A stretch of DNA of 64,000 nt from Phaeosaccion multiseriatum (lineage: Eukaryota > Protista > Ochrophyta, other classes). Both the position numbers and the translations under genes were made by a program. The DNA lies in contig OZ218956.1 of the NCBI GenBank assembly GCA_965112735.1, positions 2,294,001 to 2,358,000 of the forward strand, in the 5' to 3' direction. This document shows positions 22,698 to 33,409 of the stretch, piece by piece (position 1 is the first letter of the stretch; every line of letters begins with the position of its first letter). The notes below the pieces were generated by a model. That model searched no databases. It saw nothing but the letters and a program-made list of their open reading frames with translations, and was not told the DNA's origin.

Positions 22698-25302
22698 ATG
22701 CTGCACGGTAGGCGAGACTTGCAATCCTCCTCCCTGGCAGCCGCAGGGGCGAGACGAGCACGGCAGGAGGCTGGTTTGCCTCCTGCGATGGCTCCGTCGT
22801 CAGATACCATGGTGGTAAGGGATGTCAAGCTCGATGCAGCTGCCTTCCAGGACCAGCTGGTCAGACGGATGAACCTCGGGGCTCTTCTTCGGCCAAGAAT
22901 CTCCTTTGCGGACGTCAACAAGAAACCCTCCGCCACAACAAGGGCGACCGCCCAGCAGAGGCGCGCGACACGTAGCACTGGAGGTGGTGTGAGGAGGGCC
23001 AGCGTCAGCAGTGGTGGTAGAAGCCGCCCTGCGCGTGTAGTAGCTGGGGATGCAGGAGAGCAAGAGTCAGGCGAGGGGGGGCGTAGTGATAACCAGCAGG
23101 AGCAGCAGCAAACAGGAGGGAGAGAGCGGAAGAGGAGCGACCCTTGGATGTGTTGGACGTGCAGTGTCGTGAGAGCGCCGGAGGAGAGCAGCTGCCCAGC
23201 ATGCGGGTCTATGGCACCGCCCCCTCCCGCTACATCGCTGGACTCAGCAGCGACCGGGGCAGTAGAATCATCAGCAGAAGTAGGCGCTGGAGCGGCCTCG
23301 GAGACGACAGGGGGGAGCAGGGACGGTCCCACGCACGGCAGAATAAGAACGAAAAGGAAGCGGAGGAGGGAGGGACCCAAGGACGGTAGCGGTGGCCCTC
23401 CTGCAACGGAAGGGGACGGATGGCAGCGGCAGCTCGAGGAGCGGCAGAGGTGGGAAGCGATCCAGGAGAGGGAGCGCAAAGCTTACCAGCTGCATCACCA
23501 GAGGCAGGCACCTGCGAAGCTCACCTTGGCTCAGATTCGCGGCCTGGAGCCCAAGCCCGAGGCGAGGCTGACGCCAGACCAGTGGAGCGAGCTGGAGGGG
23601 GTGGTGGAGGCGCGGGGAAGGGGGGACGACCCTTGCACCATCTGCAGAGAGGGCTTCAAGGTGTGTGTGCGCGAGCGTGCGCACGGGCGTGTGTATGTTA
23701 ATTTGTGTGTGTGCTTTGCTCACCAAGAGCTCCGATGGATTGTGGCGATGAGAATTCTAGCCATGAGTGTGGTTGGTGCTTGTCCCTTCCCCGATCATGT
23801 CCTCTATTGAGTAGATGTATTGGGGCGGCCTGCATTCAAACTTGCACCCTTTGCTCTCACACCCTATCTAGTTTAACGAGCTGAAAAGAGCGTTTGATTC
23901 CCATACCCCCCTCTTGCCGATCCTTTCACGCACGCACTCACTCCCAGGACGAGCAGCAGATTCTGCTCTCGTGCGGTCACCTCTTTCATCGAGCCTGCCT
24001 CTCCGCCTTCGAGAGCTTTCTCAAGCGTACGTCAAAGGTGAGTGGGAATGGGTGAAAGGGGGACGGGATAAGTATCGGCAGAGCGAGACCAACAATGAAG
24101 GGTAGTACTCAAGCGGGTATGGCTGCTTTTGTTCTGTCTGTCTCTTTTCTTTCCTTTTCCTTACTGACTGATCCCCGGCTTCGCTTTGCTGCGCTTTGCT
24201 GCGCGACTTTGCTGGCTTCCTTGTTTGTGGCCCTGTCGTTTGCCACTTCACATGAGTAGGCCGCAAGATGCTGTCCCGTTTGCAGGAAGGAGAACTATCA
24301 GAAAACGCTGACTGCCACGGGAGGCAAGGTGCGAGAGAGAGGGAGAAGGAAAGAGAGATAGATACACGATGCGCCCCCCTTGGCGGAGCGCCACCTGTGA
24401 ATCAATACCGCTTTGATGAAGGGTCCTCTACGAGGCACTCGTCCTGACACCCCCCCCCCCTCTGGTCCTCACAGGCCTGGCGAAACGCCTGCGCGCTCGT
24501 GCTGCAGAGGCATGTCCGGGGCTTCGCAGTGCGAAAGACATACAGAAACATGCAAAGGGCATTTTACTCGTCTGTAGCGGCCACAGCAGCTACAGCAGCA
24601 GGAGGAGGAGGAGGAGTAGGAAAGGGAATAGCGGTGGACCCAGCGAGGCGGAGAGCCTTTTTCGGGAAGGAGCTCGGCAGGTACACGGAGAGAGTGACGA
24701 GGGACCTTGTGAAGCGTGCCGACTCCCTGGACGCTCTGTTTGCACAGTTTGACGTGGGCTTGACCCTCAGCAGGCACGTGTTTGGGGTTTCGAGCGGACG
24801 GGGTGGAGACGTGCAGCAGCAGCAGCAGGAGGAGGGGGAGGAGAAGGAGGGAAGAGGAGAAGGAGCAGCAAGAGGAGGAGGAGAGGGGGATGCTGAGGAG
24901 AACATGGGAGCGAGTGAGGGGAAGGGACGCAGAGGGAGTCAGATGGGAGAAGAGGCATGGGCCATCGCCCTGACAAGGGCGCAGGAGAGGGACGACGAGT
25001 GCCCCATCTGCATGGTGGACCTCAAGGACAAAGGCGAGGAAGGTGGTCTCAAACCGAGCCAAGCTGGTGTCTGCGACGGTGGGAGGAGGAATGGTGGTGG
25101 TGGTGATCTTTCCCCCACCAACCCTACCCTTACCCCGACCCCCGCTCGCAGCTGCATTCTTCTGAGCTGCAGCCACATGTTTCACACGGAGTGCCTGCGC
25201 GCTTTTGAGCGCTTTAATATCTACGAAGTGCAGCTCTGTCCGGTGTGCAGGGGGCCCTATGAGAGTATCGGGGTGGGGGAGCTGTTGCGAATCGTCGCGT
25301 AG
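22698..25302 (+). CDS. RNF32: RNF32-like double RING-H2 + IQ protein (start may be 22788)
   Basis: AAAFQDQL N-motif, KLTLAQIRGL, RING1 CTIC...LLSCGHLFHRACL...CPVC, IQ-like LQRHVRGFAVRKTY, RING2 CPIC...LLSCSHMFHTECL...CPVC. Four exons. Confidence 0.85.
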
Positions 25303-25342
25303 GTAGTCGCATTAATAGAACGAAGAAGGAAAGAAGGAGACA

Positions 25343-25660
25343 TGACGCACTATCGCCCACATTCTCGATAGCGCGCTATCCGGCCCCCCGGGGCCCGATA
25401 GCGGATAGCGGATCGGCTGGCACCGGCGATAGCGGATAGCAGCCACGTCCCCACAACCCCCCCCCCCAAAGCCGGTGGGGGTGGCGCCGGCGATAGCGGA
25501 TAGCATCGACCCCTGACGCACTATGCCCACTTCTCGATAGCGCGCTATCGGCCGGGCGCTATCGGCCGCCGGCCGATAGTGGATAGTGGATCGGCTGGCG
25601 CCGGCGATAGCGGATAGCGGATAGCGTTGCGGTCAGGGGGATTCAGGGTTCAGGGGTCGA
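25343..25660. mobile_element. MITE family A: truncated copy (25343-25505) abutting a full copy (25506-25660)
   Basis: TIR TCGACCCCTGA...TCAGGGGTCGA and internal GATAGCG/CGCTATC repeats shared with 29242-29449. Confidence 0.8.
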
Positions 25661-25955
25661 GGACATCGGAAACACACAGAAAAAAGAAATTAAAATTAAA
25701 ATTGGAGCGCAACTGATAAGGGGTATACCAATTGTATATACCTCATGGCACCCATTTTCCAAAGGGCGGTCCGTCAGAAATAAACAGGCGTGGGACGGGG
25801 GGGGATTATACACAAGGAGCAGCAGGGGCAGAACGCGCACGCACATACGACAGTAGTCGCTTCTCCCTGTAGGCCTGGTCCTCCTCCCCTCGTCTGGTGT
25901 ACTGGATTTGTTACGCCCCGCAAAAAAGGATACCTAAAAAGCGGCCAGCTTTAGT

Positions 25956-27852
25956 ATGAAAGCGGCGGTGCCGTCCTTGGGGGGGGGGCAGTTGGGGGGA
26001 GGACGGTCAGGATACGCTTCCTCCCTCTACGCGCCGGGTTATTGTATGAAGGCGAAGACGAAGGCCGGATTACGCAGCCCCACCCAATTTCTCGTTAAGC
26101 TCCACAAGATCTTGACTGAGGAGAGCCAGGATGTTATCGCCTGGGACGCAGGGCGCGTGGTACTGCTTGACCCTGCTCGAGTCACCGATGAGATTCTGGG
26201 GGAATACTTTACGCACAACAAGTGAGTTGTGTGGGGGCGGGCTGGTGGGGGGGGGGGCGGTGAGAATAGGTGCATCCCAACGGGAGGGGCACAGTGTCTT
26301 TTTTGGGGGGGGGGGGGGGTAAAATGCGCAGAGAGCAGAGCAGCACTGCACTGGGAGAAGAAGGGAGGGGAGGAGAGGCGGTGCGGGATACCTTGAATAA
26401 TGCCCGTCATTCAGACTGGACCTCAGTTTTCGGCGTTTGTGAGCCGTTCCTTTGTGTAGTCCAGTTGTGTGGCTGTGGCTAACTAATTAACCCTCCCCGC
26501 CCCCCCCCCCTCGTCTTGCTTTCCTTGACGCTTATCCGTCCCTCAGGCTCACGAGCTTTACTCGGCAACTCAACTACTTTGGCTTTAAGAAAGTGCAAGA
26601 GTCTGGGGTGAGCAGCAACAGCGCGAGCAGCAGCGGCAGCAGCGGGAAGAACAAGCGAAGCAGGAGCGGTAGCGGCGGTAGCGCTAAGGCTATGAGCAGA
26701 AGCGGCAGCAGCGGCAACCTCAAGGCATATGTGTACGCCAACGAGAACCTCCTTGGCGTCACAGATCCCGCCTGCGTGATTCACTTGCGACGCAAGACTG
26801 CAGCTCGTTCCCTCTCCATGGGCAGCGAGAACGACGACGTGGAGGACGCACACGTTCCGGCAGCTGTGGAGGACGTCACTGGCCTGTCTATCGTCAACCC
26901 TGCCGCAGCCATTGTGGAGGATGTGGGGGGCGAGAGCAGCGGTTGCGTGTCCCCTCCGGCGGCCAAGTCCCGCCGCCGCCAGACGGCTCGGCAGTCTCGC
27001 CAAGAGGAGCAGCGCAAGCTCAAGGACGCCGCGGAGGCCGAGCGAGCCCGCGTGCAGCTGGAGAAGCGCAGGAATGAGCAGCGGCAGCAGAGGCTACGCG
27101 CCCAGCAGAGGATGCGGCAGCAGCAGGCGAGGGTGGATTTGCTGCACACACAGCGACGCCAGCAGGAAGACAAGAAGAAGCAGGACCTGCGCCTGAGACT
27201 CATGCAGAAGCGGACCAAGGAGGAGGAAGAGGAAGAGGGTATGGTCACGGACAGCAGGGAGGGCTCGGGGTCGTCCGGCATGGACGAGTGGGAGTCCACA
27301 GATAGCTCCTCCTCGTCCTCCTCTCCCAAGTCCGATTGGGGCTCCTTTGAGAGCTCCACGTCCCCCAAGTCTGAGCTTGCCGGCATGGACGCCCGCGCAG
27401 CAGCCGCCGAGTTGGACATTTTGGAGCTGGACTTCCCCCAGCCGCTCAACGTGCACATGAACGTTAACGTGAGCATGAGCTACGACGGCAGTGCGTCTCC
27501 TCGCTCGGCAAGCACCGCAGGAGAAGCAGTGCATCGAGCGGCAACGTCGGCATCGTCATCGTCGCCGTCTTCTTCTTCTTCAGTGCCGCAGCCGAGCTTT
27601 TCCGCGGAAGATGCGGCCCTGATGCACATGCAGCAGCACCACGTCTTCATGCCGCTCAAGGAGCAGCAGCAGCAGTACCCGCAGTCGTACCACCACCACG
27701 TCAACGGCAACGGCAACACCACCTACTCGCTGCACGGCTTCGACACGCAGACGCCCAACTACTCTGGTCCGGCTCCCCACGTCGTGCCTGTGGGAGCCGA
27801 CGGGCTCGCGCTGGAGGAGATTGAGTGGGTGCAGAGTGCTCTACTGGACTAG
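25956..27852 (+). CDS. Heat-shock-factor (HSF DNA-binding domain) transcription factor
   Basis: FLVKLHKIL...IAW...ILGEYFTHNK/LTSFTRQLNYFGFKKV...IHLRRK, with one intron ~26222-26546 and a downstream coiled-coil region. Confidence 0.9.
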
Positions 27853-29241
27853 AGGGGGTGGCAGTGCGTGGACGCTGTTTCTCCCAGCAACAACAAAGCA
27901 ATAACCAACACGAGGACTGCTACAAGAGCAACACTACAACGATAAAACCAAAAGCTGCACGAAGGGGGGGCAAGGTCCGCAGCGAATCTGAACGGCGGGC
28001 GCGCGAGAGCGTCTCATCGCAGACATAAAAAACATGGAGGACACTGGGTGAGAGGGGGGGGGGGGGCGAAGGACGCACGCACATACACACACATACGCAC
28101 ATGCACACCGATTTGTTTGCGGTGCCAATGTTTGTGGAGGCGGCGTTCTACCGTCGGAGACCTTTGGGGGGGGATTTTGATTGATTTGACTGACTGACTG
28201 ACATGTACATAAAAACAACTTGAGGCGCTGGCTTTGGGTTGGGCCGGGGGGGGGGGTCGGGGGTTTGGATTTGCGTGTCTGCTCTTTTTTTTTTTTGGCC
28301 GTTTGAGGGCTATGACAATTGGGTCGTATTCCTCCGGTGGAAAGCTTTGAACTGAGTGTGGGCACCCTCATGGGGACCCCTCATCGCAAGTGGGTAAAAA
28401 TATTGAGGGGGTGGGGGTGCTGGCGAGTCAGGTGAAGGGACTGGGATATTTGAGCCTTCCTGAGAGACTTTCTCGACACAATGGAGAGAACGTCTCGGGG
28501 CGAGAATGTGGGTCTGCTTGACCGCACTTACCGGTACTGTATATACTTTGGTTCATGAGGAGGCAGGGTGTAGGGGGGGGAGGGAGGAGGGGGTCCACAC
28601 CGTAAAGTGAGTGAGAGTTACTCGGTGGCAGGACGTTGTTCCGTCTTTGTGGACTACGCAGAGGAGGGAGTGACGTGATGGGGAGGGAAAGCATCGCAAT
28701 CTAGCCGAGTGGCTCATGCCTTTTCAGGTGTTACTCACTCTGGCTTTGATTTTTTATAATTACTACTTCAAAAAAGGGAGGGAGGGAGGGGTGTTGGGGA
28801 AGGGGGAGGAGGCAGGCGGGCATTTTTTCTGCGAGGCAAAGCCAAACTCAATGCGATATGAGCCAGCAGACGCACTCTTACTAAGGTATTCGTCGCACGG
28901 TTTTCTTATCAGTAATTGGGTCGGGCCAGATGCCATTAATGCCAATAAGAAATTGTGAGCTTCACTTCTTTCCAAACACACACGCACGCACGCACACAAA
29001 GGATCAAGGGTGTTTCTTTCCTGCTCCACGCATGTCTTCTTGTCTATGCTGCTTCTCTCGGGCCTCCGCCGCATAAACGCACACGCCATACAGCCATTAA
29101 GCACACCCACGCACCCGTCTCTTGTCGTTCTCTGGTTGCTGTCCGCTCTACGCCATGCATTGGTTCAAACACACCCAAACACACGCACAACCACACACGC
29201 ACAACCACACACACACACACACTGAACACACACACACACAC

Positions 29242-29448
29242 TCGACCCCTGACACACTATCCGCTATCCGCTATCGCCGGCGCAGCCGGCACGCTATCCG
29301 TTATCGCCGGCGCCAGCCGGCGCGCTATCCGCTATCGCCGGCGCCAGCCGGCGCGCTATCCGCTATCGGCCGGCGCCAGCCGGCACGCTATCCGCTATCG
29401 ATAGCGCGCTATCGAGAATGTGGGCGATAGTGGCTGTGTCAGGGGTCG

Positions 29449-29449
<1 letters not shown>
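29242..29449. mobile_element. MITE family A, full copy inserted in a (CA)n microsatellite
   Basis: 14-bp perfect TIR TCGACCCCTGACAC / GTGTCAGGGGTCGA, internal ~31-bp tandem units gccggcgccagccggcgcgctatccgctatc, ACAC on both flanks. Confidence 0.88.
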
Positions 29450-29503
<54 letters not shown>

Positions 29504-29510
29504 ACACACA

Positions 29511-29593
<83 letters not shown>

Positions 29594-29831
29594 ACACACA
29601 CACACACACGTGTACTGGCACGACGTACCCCTTGGAAGGAAGCGCGCGCCCGCCAACCGCAAATAAAGCAGTTTTAATTCCAGCTCGTTAGTATTTTGGT
29701 GCACTCGGCGATGACGTGGGGGAGGGATCCGGTGACACAGCTTACCCTCTCTTCTCTCTAGCTCTCCTCCTTCCATCTCTCTCCCGTAGCTGCCTTGCCT
29801 CCAGGCCGGCACTGCATAGAAGACAGAAATC

Positions 29832-32088
29832 ATGAGGACAGGAGCAGAAGCGGCGGCCATTTTGGCGCTTGTCTGTGGTGGCGTGAATGCTTTTGCACCG
29901 ACCCATATGGTGGCGTCCGGCGTATCAGGAGCAGTGCGGGGAGGGCGAGTAGGGGGGCGGTCATCGGCACTGAAATCCATGGCATCATCCTTCGCGCCAT
30001 CCTCGCCCACGTTGGCGCCACCTGTGGTCACGAAGGATGGAAAGCCCGCCGACTCGCGGCCGAAACTTGCCAAGGAGGACGAGTGGATTGCAAACCTTGA
30101 CTTTGAGGCGGTGGCCGCTGATTTTCGCAAGCTCGGGAAGAAGCTGGAGGCGGACATGGGAGAGGATGACATGAAGCACTTGGCCAAGATGCGTCTGTGG
30201 AGCAACGCCTTTGGGGCGGTGGGGCTGGGGACCATGTGGATGACACCCAACCCAATCACCGTCATGGGCTTGAGCCTGTGGGTCTTCTCTCGATGGGTGA
30301 GTCGCGTCGTGGGGCAGGTCGTGTGAGGGATGGGAAGAGGGAAAGGGAGGGAGATGGTGAGACAGAGAGAGAGAGAGGGGAGAGAGAACAGAAGAAGAGA
30401 GCCAGGAGGCAAGGACGCCGTTGCAACAGGCACAGGCTCTGCAAAAGCAGCGGCTGTTGCAGTGAGAGGTATTCTATCATTCTCAAACCTTGTCCTCCTC
30501 CCCCTGCCCCTCGCCTCCCCCCCTATCTCCCTTCCACTCGCCTGCCCGCGGCTGCCTGCCTGCTCCTGCCTCTCTGTCTGCCTGCCTGCCTGCCTGTCTG
30601 CCTACCTGCCTGCCTACCTGCCTGCCTACTTAAGACCATGATCGGTCACCACGTCTGCCACGGAGGCTACGACAAGCCGGACACCTCAGGCCGCTTCAAG
30701 TCCAAGCTCTTCGCGCTCGGCACCCTCACCAACCGAGCCAAGAATTGGTTCGATTGGATGCTGCCCGAGGCCTGGAACCAGGAGCACAATGCGCGCCACC
30801 ACTACTTCCTTGGCGAGCTCGACGACCCCGACCTTGTGGAGCAGAACTCCGTCGGAGTCAGAGACCCCAAGACGCCCATGCCCGCGCGTTACGCCATGGT
30901 CACGGCTCTGGCCGCTTCGTGGAAGTGGTTCTACTACAGGTCAGTCCGTGGAGTGTGTGTGTGCAGAAGTGTGTGCAAGTGTGGAGGTGCAAGTACCTCG
31001 TGGACGAGAACGAGGAGGAGGAACGGGAGAGGGGAGGTCTTATGGGAAGAGCAAGAAGCGTCACACGTCCCTTTGCTCCCTCCATCCCTGCTGCTCCCTT
31101 TTCCTGAAACCCAAAATGAGCATTTCAAATTCCCCACCCCCCCTCCCGTCTTCAGCGTCAACACGTACAAGGAGCTGAAGCTTGTGGAGCTTAAGCGCAA
31201 GAACGGAGGAAAGTTCCCCGAGGGAGTGGACACGCAGGTGCGTGCGTGGGTGGGTGAGGGAGGCAGCATGGGGGGTGGGTGGCTAGGACAGGGAGGCGAC
31301 ACGGTCAGTGACTCTCAGCGGCACACACAAGAAGACAGCAGAGAACACAAGGGCGACGCCTGCTTGGTGTAGGGACTAGAGCCCTGTCTCTCTCTCTCTC
31401 TCTGCCCAGTGCCTGTCTGTGCGAACCATGTCTGTCCACATTCTTCATCCATCAACCCCTTGCGGTATAGTCCCTACTTAACCCCATTCCTTCCTATGCC
31501 TATCCTTCCTATCCCTATCCTTCCTATCAATCCCTCCTTCCTTCCTTCCTTCCTTCCTTCCTTCCTTAACAGAGCCACTTCATGATGGGTGACTTCATCG
31601 CCGACCGCCCTCGAATGAAGCAACTCGGCATGTCCTTCACTGAGTTCTTCGGCAAGGTCTTCGGCCCTTACATGGTCGGCAACTTCGTCCTCCGCCCTCT
31701 GCCCCTCCTCCTCTTTGGCCCCCAGTTCTTCGTCAACGGTGTCATCAACCTGGCCCTTGCCGACGTGGTCACCAACCTGCACGGCTTCCTCACGATTGTC
31801 ACCAACCACGCCGGCAACGATCTGTACCGCTTCAATGTGCCCGCGAGAGACAGAGGCACCTTCTTCCTCCGCCAGATCGTCTCATCGGCCAATTACAAGA
31901 CTGGAGGAGACCTTAACGACTTCATGCACGGCTTCCTCAACTACCAGGTAAGGGGATGGTTAAGTGGTGAGGTGGTAAGGCGTTAACCGAGTGACGGACA
32001 ACGGGCTGCATACGTTCGTACGTACGTGCGCGTTGGTGCGTGGGTCGTTTGCGCCACGCTGCTTTGCTGTGTGTGCTGCGTCTGTTGT

Positions 32089-32183
<95 letters not shown>

Positions 32184-32543
32184 GATGTTGATGTTGATGT
32201 TGATGTTGATGTTGATGATCTGTTTGCACGAGGTGTCTCATCTTAACTCACCTCTTTTTCCCCTCTACCCATGCGGCTCTGTGCCTCCTTCCCTCTACCA
32301 CAGATTGAGCACCACCTGTGGCCCAACCTGTCCATGCTTCAGTACCAGAAGGCCCAGCCGATGGTGGTGGAGCTCTGCGAGAAGCACGGCATCCCGTACG
32401 TGCAGGAGAGCGTGTGGACACGTCTTCGCAAGACGGTTGACATCATGGTCGGCCACTCGTCACAGAGGGTCTTTCCCACCGAGTACGAGTACCAGGGGAA
32501 GGTGTCAGCAGATCAAGCCGTCACCGCACCGGCACTTAGTTAG
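29832..32543 (+). CDS. Plastid-targeted membrane fatty-acid desaturase (three His boxes, no cytochrome b5 domain)
   Basis: Signal peptide then VNAF-AP. His boxes GHHVCHGGYD, HNARHH, NYQIEHHLWP. Five exons. Confidence 0.88.
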
Positions 32544-33409
32544 ATAGATATAGAGAGAGAGAGACATGAGAGAGGAAGGAAGGAGGCAGGAGGCAGCGTG
32601 GACCTGTCCTCTGGAAGCCCAAGTAGAGCCGAGCCCATCGACCCACCACCACGACCAACTACCCAAGGGAAGGGAAGGGAAAGGGTTATCTCCAGTCAGA
32701 GAGGGAGAGAGAGAGAGAGGCAGCTCCTCAGAGGGTCGAAGACATACGTCAATGCACCGCTTGGAGGGGATTCCTTGATAGTGGGCACGGCACGCGCTGT
32801 CTGTATAGTGGGACCATTACGAAAAAGAAAAGGACAGGCGCGTTCAGCGCCAGGGGCGGGGAGGAGAAGGGCGAGGAAAGAGGGACATCTCTCCTCACCC
32901 ATACATACATACATACATAGATAGCGTAGCATTAGGGCACAGTGCGACTCCGGGGAGAGAGCTTGACGCGGCCCTTCTGGAGAGCACAGCTTTCTCTTGC
33001 ATTGCAGTTCATTGGCAACAGGAGACGGAGGATGCTACAGGAGGCTGTCCCATTTCGACCAACAGCACCACCACCACCACCACCACCAGCAGCAGCAGCA
33101 GCAGCAGCAGCAGTTGGTGAGACAACAGTAGAGAATAGCGTGTTTTTGCTCCCAGCCGCTGACTTGAGTGGGGAAAGCCACCATTGGACAAGTCGAGTGG
33201 AGACGAGTGGGCTTCGGACCAACAACGCCCACGCATTATAAATACATTTGGGACGTGAAAGCGGAAGTGCTTTGTGTTGTTGGGTATTTGGAAAGAAGAG
33301 AAGGGACCGCTTGCGCCACCCACCCGCCAGGAGTGTGTGTGTGTGTGCCCTCCCAGAAGGTTTGGGCGTATATGCGAGTCCGCCTACCCACGCTCTGCCT
33401 TGTGTCCGC

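Noticed and set aside
27900-29240. Possible ncRNA or gene in the HSF-desaturase intergenic region
   Set aside because: No recognisable tRNA, rRNA or snRNA motifs and no coherent exon structure by eye. An Infernal/Rfam scan would settle it.
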